The notes under the pieces are model-generated. The model did not search any database. It was not told the DNA's origin and saw nothing but the letters and a program-made list of their open reading frames with translations. A stretch of DNA of 64,000 nt from an uncultured Gemmatimonadales bacterium (GTDB lineage Bacteria; Gemmatimonadota; Gemmatimonadetes; Gemmatimonadales; Gemmatimonadaceae), in assembly GCA_963793305.1 (NCBI GenBank), contig CAWBZV010000005.1:160001-224000 (forward strand), in the 5' to 3' direction. Position 1 is the first letter of the stretch; each line of letters opens with the position of its first letter. Shown one piece after another: positions 10,104 through 20,392 of the stretch. The translations under genes and the position numbers were made by a program.

Positions 10104-10303
10104 CACGCTGGCGGGACGGCGTGCAGTACGTGCCAAGTCCACACGAGGATGGCGAGCAGCCCGATTGCCGGGACGACCGCCCACGTTGCATCCAAGGCCC
10201 ATCGTCCGGATTTGCGGGATCGCATCACCGACCGCACGATGGCGGCGTGCGCCACGAGACATGCGGCGGCGGCCAACCAGAATAGAACGAGATTCGGACG
10301 CAT
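10103..10303 (-). CDS. 66-aa two-helix membrane protein resembling the cytochrome oxidase subunit II TM segment
   Basis: LDATWAVVPAI resembles the COX2 LExxWTxxP motif; TGATG coupling to ctaA. Confidence 0.55.
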   Translation of the reverse strand: MRPNLVLFWLAAAACLVAHAAIVRSVMRSRKSGRWALDATWAVVPAIGLLAILVWTWHVLHAVPPA

Positions 10304-10355
10304 GGAAAGAGGTAATCTGGTGGTAGACCCACGTGCGACGCTATATGATGCTCGC

Positions 10356-11735
10356 ATGTCTTCGAGCCCGCCCTTAACAGGCCTCCGCCGGCGCCTCGGC
10401 CTCTGGAGCGCCACAGCGGTTCTGGTGGGTTCGACGATTGGCTCGGGGATCTTCCGGACCCCGGCTGGCGTCGCCGCCCGACTCCCGGGTCCGCTGCCGA
10501 TGCTCCTCGTGTGGGCGACGGGTGGCCTGTTCGCGCTCTGCGGCGCCTTGACGCTCGCGGAGGTCGCTGGCGCGATGCCGGCCACAGGCGGCCCCTATGT
10601 GTTCATTCGCGAAGCCTGGGGCCGAATGGCGGCATTCGTGTTCGGGTGGTCCGAGCTACTCATCATTCGGGCCGCCTCGCTGGGGGCGCTCTCCACGACA
10701 TTCGCCGAGTACTTGTTTCGGTTGATCGACCAGATCACTGGCCAAACGGGCGCGTCGCATCCGATCCACATCGTCGCCGCGCTCGCGATCGCCACGACGG
10801 CCGCGTTCAACTACATCGGGCTTGGCTTCAGCTCCGCCGTCCAGAACATCACGACGCTAGCCAAATATGGCGGCCTGGCCCTACTGGTCATCGTGGCCTG
10901 TACCGTGGGATTTTCCACCGGCGGCGCCCAGCACTTCGTCCCCGCCGTTCCCCCGGGCAGCTTCACGCCGGCCGCGTTCGGCCTCGCCCTGGTTTCCGTG
11001 CTCTGGGCGTTCGATGGTTGGGCCGATCTGTCGTTCGTGGCTGGCGAGGTGTCAGATCCCCGGCGTGTCCTCCCTCGGGCGATCATTGGCGGCACACTGG
11101 CCGTGATGGTCATCTACCTGTTGGCGAACGTGTCATATCTGGCGGTCCTGCCAGTATCAGAGATCCGTGCATCTCCGCTGGTCGCCGCCACCGTGGCGAA
11201 TCGGGTCGTCGGCGGCTGGGGCACGATCTTCGTCTCCGTCACCGTCGTCGTATCGACGTTTGGCACACTGAACGCGACGCTGATCACGGCGCCACGGATT
11301 TTCTATGCCATGGCGGAAGACGGCATGCTCTTCAATCGCATTGGAGCCGTGCACCCGAAATTCGGGACGCCGTATGTGGCGGTGATGCTGGCCGCGGCGA
11401 TGGGCATTGGCTTCGTGCTCCTCCGCACGTTCGACCAACTGGCCGATACGTTCGTGACGGCGATCGTCCCGTTCTATGCGCTCAGTGTCGCGGCCGTCTT
11501 CGTGCTGCGGCGGCGAGCGAGCTATGACCCGCCGTTCCGGGTCCCGGGGTATCCCGTAGTGCCGGCGCTCTTCGTGCTCGCGACGCTGTTCCTGCTCGTC
11601 AATGCCGTCGCTGACCCCACCAGTCGGTGGCCGACACTCGCGGTATTCGCGGCCGTGCTGGCGGGGATTCCCGTCTACTTCCTGACGGTCAGAAGATATG
11701 GATCGGGGGTACGAACTTCCCCGGATGCGTCTTGA
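10356..11735 (+). CDS. APC-family amino acid permease
   Basis: IGSGIF, WAFDGW, about 12 TM helices. Confidence 0.9.
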   Translation: MSSSPPLTGLRRRLGLWSATAVLVGSTIGSGIFRTPAGVAARLPGPLPMLLVWATGGLFALCGALTLAEVAGAMPATGGPYVFIREAWGRMAAFVFGWSELLIIRAASLGALSTTFAEYLFRLIDQITGQTGASHPIHIVAALAIATTAAFNYIGLGFSSAVQNITTLAKYGGLALLVIVACTVGFSTGGAQHFVPAVPPGSFTPAAFGLALVSVLWAFDGWADLSFVAGEVSDPRRVLPRAIIGGTLAVMVIYLLANVSYLAVLPVSEIRASPLVAATVANRVVGGWGTIFVSVTVVVSTFGTLNATLITAPRIFYAMAEDGMLFNRIGAVHPKFGTPYVAVMLAAAMGIGFVLLRTFDQLADTFVTAIVPFYALSVAAVFVLRRRASYDPPFRVPGYPVVPALFVLATLFLLVNAVADPTSRWPTLAVFAAVLAGIPVYFLTVRRYGSGVRTSPDAS

Positions 11736-12574
11736 GCTCGAGCGTCAGCGAATCGAGCCGGGCGACGAGCGAGTTGACGTGGTTGTAGAGCTCCGGATCG
11801 TTCACGAGCTTGCCGGCGCTGCCGCCGCCCGTGTCGATTTTCGCGACGAGCGCATCGAGATGCGAACGTCGTATTCGACAGATTGCTGGTCAGCGTCGTC
11901 AGGTTCGCGCTCGACGTGCGGATGTTCTTCACGGTCGAGTCGATCGCCGATGAGTCGACGGCCGACACGGCGCGGTTGAGCGAAGCCATTGTCCGGTTAA
12001 GGGCCTTCGATTGGTCCGTGGCGATCTGGCTCAGCGTCTCCACGAGCTTGTTCGCGTTGTAGAGCGTCTTCCGCAGGTCGCCGATCGCGCCGCCCTGCAC
12101 GAGCTCGACCTGTACGGCCTTGGTGACGTCGCCCAGCTGACCGCCGATCGAGTCCATTTTCATGATCAGATCGCCGATGCCCGGCGCCGGCGCAGCCGTC
12201 GGAATCGTGTCGTTCTTCGCGATGTATTGGGTGGTCGGCCGCGCCGGTTTGAGCGCGACCTCCATGTCCCCGAACAACCCGTTTGGCTCGATCGCCGCCA
12301 CGGTGTTGACCGGGATCCGGTACTTGTTCTCGATCGAGAGCCGCACGCTCACGGTCCCATCGGGCACCAATTCGACGTTGTCGACATAGCCGACGCTCAC
12401 GCCGGACAAGAGCACCGGCTGCCCTTGCTTGACGCCCGCGCCCCACCGGAACCGGGAATACAGCGGATAGCCCGACGAGAGCCCGCCCCGGATCAAGTAG
12501 ACCGTGCCGAAGACCAGGACGAGGATCGCGACCGCGGTCACCAGTCCGACCAACACTGCGTCGCGTCGTCTCAT
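11689..12574 (-). CDS. mlaD: MlaD/MCE-domain protein (apparent +1 frameshift at 11863-11868)
   Basis: N-terminal TM, GQPVLLSGVSVGYV MCE motif; corrected tail HLDALVAKID...GKLVNDPELY...HIF-stop at 11689. Confidence 0.82.
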
Positions 12575-13398
12575 TGGAGATACTTGGCCAGAGCGGCTGC
12601 CGTGAGCGCGTCGAGCACGAGAATCCAGACAGAGGTGATGACGACGGCCTTCGCCGTCGACTTGCCGACGCCCTCGGCGCCGGCGCTGGTCACGTATCCC
12701 TCATACGAGCACAGAAACGAAATCGCCCCGCCAAACATGAACGATTTGATCAGACTATAGAAGACTTGAAACGTATTGAACTCCAGTCTCAAGCCATCCC
12801 GAAAATCGAACCACTTGATATCGGTGCCGAGAATCGCGGTGATATACGCGGCCCCAATGCCCACCGCATTCGCGAAGATGACGAGCACCGGCAACATACA
12901 GAGCCCGGCAATCACGCGGGGCACAACTAAATACGCCAGCGGATCATACGCCAGCGTCTCGAGCGCGTCGATCTGCTCCGTGACCCGCATGGTCCCGATC
13001 TCGGCGGTCATCTGGGCTCCGACGCGTCCAGCCAGCACCAATCCCGTCAGCAGCGGCCCGAGCTCCAACACGAGGCTCTGTCGCGTAATCAGCCCGACCA
13101 CGGAGAGCTGAATACCGGGGAAAAGCTGGTATCGAGATTGGAAGGAAATGACGGAGCCAATAAAAGCGGAGACCAAAATGACGAGGGGGATCGAGTCGAC
13201 CCCCACGGCTTTCATCTGCTTGACGATCTCGGGCCCGTACGTCCGAGGCTCGGACAATGCGCGAAACATGTCCGCGGCGAAAAACGTGCGATCGCCGAGA
13301 CCACGCAGTGTGTTGAGAACCCCGTTCGCATACCGCTGCCAGATGCGCATCGGCAGGCTCACGCGCGGGGCGGGAATCGGGAACGTACCGGTCGTCAC
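12571..13398 (-). CDS. mlaE: MlaE-family ABC permease
   Basis: ELGPLLTG, AEIGTMRVTEQIDALE, GAEGVGKST; GTGA overlap with lptG. Confidence 0.9.
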   Translation of the reverse strand: MTTGTFPIPAPRVSLPMRIWQRYANGVLNTLRGLGDRTFFAADMFRALSEPRTYGPEIVKQMKAVGVDSIPLVILVSAFIGSVISFQSRYQLFPGIQLSVVGLITRQSLVLELGPLLTGLVLAGRVGAQMTAEIGTMRVTEQIDALETLAYDPLAYLVVPRVIAGLCMLPVLVIFANAVGIGAAYITAILGTDIKWFDFRDGLRLEFNTFQVFYSLIKSFMFGGAISFLCSYEGYVTSAGAEGVGKSTAKAVVITSVWILVLDALTAAALAKYLQ

Positions 13399-14471
13399 GT
13401 CCGCACGCGGATGAGGAGATACGCGCCGGCCAGGCCGAACAACACGTTCGGCACCCACGCCGCGAGGTCTGGCGGGATGAGCCCCTTGTTGCCGACACCC
13501 TTGGTCAGTTGAATCAGCATCAAAAACGCGATCGTCGTGGCGAGACTCACGCCGACACCGTACGCCGCGCCGCCGCGTTTCGTGCTCGTCGCCAGCGACG
13601 CGCCGAACATCACGATGATGATGCACGTCACCGGCACGGCGATCTTCTGTGCCCGCTCGACCCGCAGCTCGGCCGCGTCCCCACCGGACCGCTCGGCCGC
13701 CCTGATGTACCGGGTCAGATCGCTGTACCCCATGTCCTCGGGCTTACGCGGAATCGCCATGAGATCGGCGGGCGTCTCGCGGAACTGTTTGTCGTGCACC
13801 GAATCGAACTGCACACTGAAGTTGCGGTTCGAGTCCGGAACGACGTGCACCACGCCCCGCGCCAGTTCCCAGCCGTGCGCCGGCGTCCAGGTGCCGTGGT
13901 TCGCGGTCAGGATCACGGTGGGATAATCCGCCCCGTTGCCCTTTCGTTCGATCTCCAGGCCATCAATGGTGTGGCGTTGCGAGCTCAGGGCGCTCACCCG
14001 ATACACCCGTCCCTCGGTCCCAGCGTACGTAAAATTGTACCGGTCGGTGCCCGTCTTGAACTGGGATTCCTGCAGCAGGTCACTGCGCTTCGCGTTGGTG
14101 ATGGGCACGAGCCACGAGAGCAGCAGTCCCAGGCCGCAGGCCAGCGTCGCTCCGAAATAGATCGGCGCCGTCAGGCGGTAGAACGAGATACCGGACGCTT
14201 TGGCCGCGGTGATTTCCGCATGACGCGTAAATGCACCGATCGAGAACACCGTTGCGAACAGCACGGCCGCCGGCAACACGAGAAACATCGAGTCGGGAAG
14301 CCAGAAGATGTAACTCAGCGCGATGCTCCCGGGCGGGATATTCCGGTTCAAGTAGTCGTTGAGATGGTCGACCAGGTCGATGACGATGACCAGGATCGGA
14401 AATCCCAACGCGGTCGCCACGAAGATGTTCCACCACTCGGAGAACACATACCGATCGAGCGGACGGAACAC
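13395..14471 (-). CDS. lptG: LptF/LptG-family LPS export permease
   Basis: LDRY, EITAAKASGIS, AAWVPN; second gene of a YjgP/Q pair. Confidence 0.82.
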   Translation of the reverse strand: MFRPLDRYVFSEWWNIFVATALGFPILVIVIDLVDHLNDYLNRNIPPGSIALSYIFWLPDSMFLVLPAAVLFATVFSIGAFTRHAEITAAKASGISFYRLTAPIYFGATLACGLGLLLSWLVPITNAKRSDLLQESQFKTGTDRYNFTYAGTEGRVYRVSALSSQRHTIDGLEIERKGNGADYPTVILTANHGTWTPAHGWELARGVVHVVPDSNRNFSVQFDSVHDKQFRETPADLMAIPRKPEDMGYSDLTRYIRAAERSGGDAAELRVERAQKIAVPVTCIIIVMFGASLATSTKRGGAAYGVGVSLATTIAFLMLIQLTKGVGNKGLIPPDLAAWVPNVLFGLAGAYLLIRVRT

Positions 14472-16268
14472 TTACGCGTTCTCGGTCGAGAGGGCGGCGT
14501 TGCGACGCCGACCCCGGAAGAGCGGGGCGAGGCGCCGGCGCACGGCATCTTTGAGCTCGCTCCAATAGCCGCCGCGCGACGTACTCGACTCGCGCCCGAG
14601 TCGCGACAACAGGAAAAGGCCGACGACGCCGAACACGATATTCGACGCCCACATCGCCAGGAACGGCGAGAGGGTGCCGCGCTGCGCCAGCGGCTCGCCG
14701 GCGATGAGACCGATGTAGTAGATCGCGAACGCCGCCAGGCTCACGCCGAGGACCATCCCGACCCCCCCGCGCGGAAACCGAAGGGCGATCGGGGCCCCGA
14801 GGAACACGAAGATCACGCACGCGACCGCGATCGCGAACAGCTTGTGAATCTGGTTGTCGTAGAGATTCACCGAGCGCACCCCATTGTCCACCTCGGCCCG
14901 CGTGGCTTCGATCGTCGAGCTCAGGGTACTGAGCGCGAGCGTCGCCTGTGACGGCGGACGATACACTCGCGCGGGGACCTGCGGTACCTGTGGCCTCGGG
15001 AACACACGGGGCGGCGGCACCACCCGGGGGATCACCCGGGCTGGCGGCTGCACCCTCGGTAGCACCGTTCGAGGCGGCGGCAGTATTCGCGGTGGGGCCG
15101 GTGTCGGCAGTACCACAGGCCCGCCGGCGCTGGGCGGCAACGGCCGCATGCCCGCACTTGGTGGCACCGACATTCCCGCACTGGCTGGCACCGGTTTAGC
15201 CGACGCGATCGCTTTCGCGGGCTCCGCCAGAGGTGAGGCGGGCGCGCCAGCGCCGCCGCCTTTCTTGCGCTCAAAGCGAGCGAAAAAGCGATCGACCGCA
15301 TCCAGCCCGTCGCAGTAGACCTTCCCAAGCCCACCGCGAGCCGGCGGCGGCGCCGTTGGCCCGGGTCCGCGATTGGGAGCGGCGCCAGTCGCCGCGACGC
15401 GCGCCCCATCCACCATGAACCGCCGCACCTCGGCGATGGCCCGCCCTTGGGCGTCCTCGCCCACCGCAACGTTCGATTGGAGCTCGCAGATGGTCATCTC
15501 CCGATCGCTCTTGAAGTCGTCGTTCGTCGATCGGGTCAGCTGGTCGCCGACGCCTTTGATGCGAATGAGATCCACGCGATAGAACATGCGCTGGAGCTCC
15601 TCGGGCGTCGCCTTTTGCACTTCGTTCATCGACCCGTCGAACAGCGTGAGCTCGAGCTCCCCGCTCACGGGCGACAGGGCCATGAGCCCGCTGTCGGCAT
15701 AGATGGTCCGGTTGCGCGTCGGATCGCCCAGATCGTAGATGGTGACTTCACGAAGCCGACTCGTCGCCTGATCGATGTGCGCCGCGGCGAGAAAGAGCTT
15801 GCCCGGCGACACTTCATTGATGACCCGCGGGCGCAACGCGAACGTCGGCTTCTTGCGCGCGATATCGCTTTGCAGCGTGCGGAGCCGATGGTTGGATCGC
15901 GGGAGCACCTGGTCGTTGAAGGCGACCATCGCGAACATGATCCCACAGGAAGCGATGATCACGGGAATGAGCACCCGCCCCACGGAGACGCCGCTGGCTT
16001 TGAGCGCCGTGATCTCGTTCTCCGACGCCAGGCGGCTGAACGCGTACAGCACGGCGATCAGCACCGCCATGGGCACCGTCAGCGCCACCGTCAGCGGCAG
16101 TGACAGCAGGATAAATTCGGTGATGACCGTCCAGGGCAGGCCCTTTCCGACCAGCTGCCCGATATTCTTGGCGATGTAATTGAGTAACAAAAGGGACGTC
16201 AATGCGGCGAGCGCGAACGTCAGCGGCCCGGCGTGCTCTCGCAAGACGTACCTATTGAGTATCTTCAC
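14472..16268 (-). CDS. lptF: LptF/LptG-family LPS export permease with a Pro-rich insertion
   Basis: MKILNRY, ENEITALKASG, FLGAPIA, AMWASN. Confidence 0.82.
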   Translation of the reverse strand: MKILNRYVLREHAGPLTFALAALTSLLLLNYIAKNIGQLVGKGLPWTVITEFILLSLPLTVALTVPMAVLIAVLYAFSRLASENEITALKASGVSVGRVLIPVIIASCGIMFAMVAFNDQVLPRSNHRLRTLQSDIARKKPTFALRPRVINEVSPGKLFLAAAHIDQATSRLREVTIYDLGDPTRNRTIYADSGLMALSPVSGELELTLFDGSMNEVQKATPEELQRMFYRVDLIRIKGVGDQLTRSTNDDFKSDREMTICELQSNVAVGEDAQGRAIAEVRRFMVDGARVAATGAAPNRGPGPTAPPPARGGLGKVYCDGLDAVDRFFARFERKKGGGAGAPASPLAEPAKAIASAKPVPASAGMSVPPSAGMRPLPPSAGGPVVLPTPAPPRILPPPRTVLPRVQPPARVIPRVVPPPRVFPRPQVPQVPARVYRPPSQATLALSTLSSTIEATRAEVDNGVRSVNLYDNQIHKLFAIAVACVIFVFLGAPIALRFPRGGVGMVLGVSLAAFAIYYIGLIAGEPLAQRGTLSPFLAMWASNIVFGVVGLFLLSRLGRESSTSRGGYWSELKDAVRRRLAPLFRGRRRNAALSTENA

Positions 16269-16287
16269 TCGCTAAATTCCGTGAGCC

Positions 16288-17209
16288 TTGAGACCAATTT
16301 CAAGATCAAGAACTTTGGGCATCTTCCTTTGCGCGATCACAGTGTTCGGTGCGTGCGGTCACGGTGCGGCGCACACGCCGTTCGACGGTCGTGCCGCGCT
16401 CGCGCTCATCCGCACCCAACTCGACTTCGGACCGCGCATTCCGGGCACTGATGGCGCGCTTCGCTGCGGCGACTGGATCGTCGCGACGATGGCGAAGAGC
16501 GCGGACACCGTGATTGTCCAAAGCTGGACGCATACGACCGTCCGGGGCAAACAACTCCCCCTTCGCAACATACTCGCTCGGTATCGCCCCTCGGAGACGA
16601 ATCGCGTGCTGTATGTGACGCACTGGGACACGCGGCCGGTCTCCGACGAGGCGACCGACCCGGCCGAGCGGAGCCAGCCCGTCCCGGGGGCGAACGATGG
16701 CGCATTGGGGACCGCCTTGCTCATGGAGCTCGGCGCCGTCCTCGCCAAGACGCCGCCCACCTATGGCGTCGACCTGCTCTTTGTCGACGGTGAGGACTAC
16801 GGCACGTTCACACCCGAGCACGACGTCCTCCTCGGCTCCACCTATTTCGCGTCGCATTCTGCCGTCGTCCGATTATCGGCCCATCTTCGGCATTCTGTGG
16901 GACATGATCGGGGATCGAGACCTCCAGATCTACGAGGAGGGCAACTCCCTCCAGCAGGCTCCCGAGGTCGTCCAGCGCGTGTGGCACGCGGCCGGGGACC
17001 TCGGGTACGCCGACTACTTTGTACCCCGCTACAAGTACACGGTCACGGACGACCACGTGCCCTTGCTCAAGGCCGGCCTGCGCGTCATTGACGTGATCGA
17101 CTTCGACTACCAGGGGGTCCACCACACGCCCCGGGACACCTTCGACAAGGTCTCGGCCGCCTCGCTCCAGATCGTCGGCGACGTAGCGACCACCCTCGTT
17201 ACACAATAG
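16288..17209 (+). CDS. M28 peptidase/glutaminyl cyclase-like lipoprotein (apparent frameshift at 16855-16860)
   Basis: Lipobox FGA-C, FGPRIPG, HWDTRP, GANDG, DGEDYG, DMIGD, DDHVP, HHT. Confidence 0.85.
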
Positions 17210-17220
17210 CGGAAGGCGGT

Positions 17221-17248
17221 GGGGGGTCCGGGGGCGTGACGCCGCCGG
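17221..17248 (+). repeat. Short relative of the 94-bp element (GGGGGGTCCGGGGGCG hairpin)
   Basis: Shares the GGGGGGTCCGGGGG(G)CG end with 4584-4600 and forms a CCGG..CCGG hairpin just after a stop codon. Confidence 0.5.
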
Positions 17249-17365
17249 CAAAATGGGCGTCCTGCAAGTGCGGCGCCCCCATGGGGCGTATCGCGTTCAT
17301 TTGTTTCGCACTTTGCGCCCCGCCCCTGTGGATCAATCGCTCGCCCTTATCCCGAGTGGACACTC

Positions 17366-19189
17366 GTGCCGGCCCCGGTAACGGCCGCCGGACCTTCCGG
17401 CATCGGCGAAGCCCTGCTGCGCGAAGGCCTGATCACCAAGGATCAGCTGGCCGCGGCCATCCGGGAGCAGAAGCAAAACGGCACGTCGATCGGCTATAGC
17501 CTGGTCAAGCTCGGCCACATACCCGAGCTCGAGGTGGTCAAGGTCCTGGCCCGCCAGCACCGGATGCCGGCGGTCGATCTGTCCAAGTTCGAGGTCGACC
17601 CGAAGATCGCCAAGCTGATCCCGTCGGAACTGGCCACGAAGAATCAGGTCCTGCCCCTCAAGCGAGATGGCCGGACGCTGACCGTCGCGGTCGCCGATCC
17701 GACGAACATGGGGGTCATCGATGACCTCAAGTTCATCACCCGCTACGACATCTCGCCGGTCATCGCCGGCGAGTTCACGCTGCGCAACACGATCGAGAAG
17801 TTCTACGAGTCGTCGGACGCCGCGATGCAAACGCTGCTCGACGACATCGCGTCCGAAGGCGAAGGCGACGTCGAAGTCGTCGAAGAGAAGGACGACGACG
17901 ACAAGGGTGGGATGGCGCTCGACGATGCGCCGGTCGTCAAGCTCGTCAACGCCATTCTGACCGACGCCGTCAAGCGCGGCGCCTCGGATATCCACTTCGA
18001 GTGCTTCGAGCACGAGCTGCGCGTGCGCTATCGCATCGACGGCGCGCTGCTCGAAGTCATGAAACCCCCCATGAAGATGCGCGCCGCACTGATCTCGCGA
18101 TTCAAGATCATGGCGGCGCTGAACATCGCCGAGCGTCGCGTGCCGCAGGACGGCCGTATCAAGCTGAAGCTCGGCAAGAAAGTGATCGACTATCGCGTCT
18201 CGACACTCCCGACGCTGTTCGGCGAAAAAGTGGTCCTCCGAATTCTCGACAAGGGCAACCTGACGTTCGACCTCGAGAAATTCGGCCTCGAACCGCGCGC
18301 CGAACGCGAGTTGATGGAGGCGATCTCCAACCCGTACGGCATGTGCCTCGTCACGGGCCCGACGGGTTCCGGCAAGACGACGACGCTCTACTCGGCCCTC
18401 TCGAAGGTCAACAACATCAACGTCAACATCATGACGGCCGAGGATCCGGTCGAGTACAACCTGTTCGGCATCAATCAGGTGCTCGTCCGCAACGAAATCG
18501 GGATGACGTTCGCGGCCGCCCTGAAAGCGTTCTTGCGGCAAGATCCGAACATCATCATGGTCGGTGAGATTCGTGATCTGGAGACCGGTGGTATCGCCAT
18601 CAAGGCCGCGTTGACCGGACACCTCGTGATGTCGACGCTGCACACGAACTCGGCCCCGGAGACGGTGACGCGTCTGTTGGACATGGGCCTCGAGCCCTTC
18701 AACGTCTCCAGCGCCCTCAATCTCGTCCTGGCCCAGCGACTCGTGCGCCGCGTCTGCAACTCGTGCAAGACGAAGTACGATCCCGAGGACGCCGAGCTCG
18801 CGGGCGCCAAGGTCAAACGCACGACGACGCTCCGCGAGTTGCGGTTCACGTCCGAAGCCCTATCCGACGCCAAGATGCGGGCGACGAAAGATGCGGCGCC
18901 CTTTCTCGAGAACCTGTCGCTCGACACGCAGATCGGGGAACTGCCCTTCTTCAAGGGCAGCGGCTGCGATGCCTGCAACGGCACGGGCCTCAAGGGACGC
19001 CAGGGAGTCTACGAGGTGCTCATGATGACCCCGAATCTCCGCAAGCTGATCCTCCAAAACGTCGGAGCGGCCGAGCTCAGAGACGCCGCGGTCGAGGAAG
19101 GGATGCTCACCCTCCGAATGGACGGGTGGCTCAAGATCCTCAAGGGGATCACTACCATGGAACAGATCGTCCGGGAGACGAGCGCATGA
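17366..19189 (+). CDS. pilB: Type IV pilus assembly ATPase
   Basis: MshEN-like N-terminus, RVPQDGR, GPTGSGKTTT, LRQDP, CxxC..CxxC. Confidence 0.95.
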   Translation: MPAPVTAAGPSGIGEALLREGLITKDQLAAAIREQKQNGTSIGYSLVKLGHIPELEVVKVLARQHRMPAVDLSKFEVDPKIAKLIPSELATKNQVLPLKRDGRTLTVAVADPTNMGVIDDLKFITRYDISPVIAGEFTLRNTIEKFYESSDAAMQTLLDDIASEGEGDVEVVEEKDDDDKGGMALDDAPVVKLVNAILTDAVKRGASDIHFECFEHELRVRYRIDGALLEVMKPPMKMRAALISRFKIMAALNIAERRVPQDGRIKLKLGKKVIDYRVSTLPTLFGEKVVLRILDKGNLTFDLEKFGLEPRAERELMEAISNPYGMCLVTGPTGSGKTTTLYSALSKVNNINVNIMTAEDPVEYNLFGINQVLVRNEIGMTFAAALKAFLRQDPNIIMVGEIRDLETGGIAIKAALTGHLVMSTLHTNSAPETVTRLLDMGLEPFNVSSALNLVLAQRLVRRVCNSCKTKYDPEDAELAGAKVKRTTTLRELRFTSEALSDAKMRATKDAAPFLENLSLDTQIGELPFFKGSGCDACNGTGLKGRQGVYEVLMMTPNLRKLILQNVGAAELRDAAVEEGMLTLRMDGWLKILKGITTMEQIVRETSA

Positions 19190-20367
19190 GCGGTACAGCC
19201 GCACCAGCCGCAACGACCGCCGCACCGCCAGGCGGCGGCGTCAACCTGCGCGCCCTACTCGAGGAGATGATCGAGCGCGACGCGTCAGACCTCCACATCA
19301 CCGCCGGTGAGCGACCCAAGCTGCGCATCGACGGCGAGATCACCAACTCGCGCAACGAGTACGTGATGTCGCCGAAAGACACGCTGACGCTCGCCTACTC
19401 GGTGTTGACGGAAAATCAGAAAAAACGCTTCGAACAAGAAGATGAGCTGGACTTCTCGTTCGGTATCCAGAACCTCGCTCGTTTCCGTGGCAATTGCTTC
19501 AAGCAGCGCGGCTGCGTATCGATGGCGATCCGGCAGATCCCGTTCTCGATCAAGACGTTCCAGGATCTGGGATTACCAGCCGTCATCGCCAAGATGGCCG
19601 AGAAGCCCCGCGGTCTCGTGCTCGTCACAGGTCCCACGGGGTCGGGCAAATCGACGACCCTCGCGGCGATGATCGACAAGATCAACCGCGAGCGCCGTGG
19701 CCACATCATCACGGTCGAAGACCCGATCGAGTTTATCCACCGCCATCAAAACTGCATCGTCAATCAGCGCGAAATCGGCACGGACACGAAGTCGTTCCAG
19801 ATGGCGCTCAAGTACGCGTTGCGCGAAGACCCCGACGTGATTCTGGTCGGCGAGATGCGCGACCTGGACACGATCCAGGCCGCGCTCACCATTGCCGAAA
19901 CGGGCCACTTGGCATTCGCCACGCTGCACACGAACTCCGCGGCCGAGGCGATCAATCGTATGATCAACGTCTTCCCGGCGCACCAGCAGTCACAGGTCCG
20001 CGCGCAGCTGGCGTTCGTGCTCGAAGGCATCATCACGCAGACGCTCCTCGCCAAGGCGAAGGGGCGGGGCAGAGCCATGGCCGCCGAGATCCTGGTGGTC
20101 ACGCCCGCGATCCGCGCGCTCATCCGCGACGACAAGATCCACCAGATCTATTCGTCGATGCAGTCGGGCAAGAAATTCGGCATGCAGACGCTGAACAATG
20201 CCCTGTATGCCTTGTACATGTCACGCGAAGTCTCGACGGACGAGTGCCTCCGCGTGTCCAGCGACCCGAACGAGTTCTTGCGCATGATCGGACAGCCGCC
20301 GCTCGACGAGGCTGGCGATGCAACGAAGGCGACTAACGGGAAACCCGCAGCAACCGGTCGCCGGTAA
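19186..20367 (+). CDS. pilT: Type IV pilus retraction ATPase
   Basis: ASDLH, GPTGSGKSTT, LREDPD, AIRALIR, GMQT; ATGA overlap with pilB. Confidence 0.95.
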   Translation: MSGTAAPAATTAAPPGGGVNLRALLEEMIERDASDLHITAGERPKLRIDGEITNSRNEYVMSPKDTLTLAYSVLTENQKKRFEQEDELDFSFGIQNLARFRGNCFKQRGCVSMAIRQIPFSIKTFQDLGLPAVIAKMAEKPRGLVLVTGPTGSGKSTTLAAMIDKINRERRGHIITVEDPIEFIHRHQNCIVNQREIGTDTKSFQMALKYALREDPDVILVGEMRDLDTIQAALTIAETGHLAFATLHTNSAAEAINRMINVFPAHQQSQVRAQLAFVLEGIITQTLLAKAKGRGRAMAAEILVVTPAIRALIRDDKIHQIYSSMQSGKKFGMQTLNNALYALYMSREVSTDECLRVSSDPNEFLRMIGQPPLDEAGDATKATNGKPAATGRR

Positions 20368-20392
20368 GACCCCTTTTTCCAGGATTTGAACC

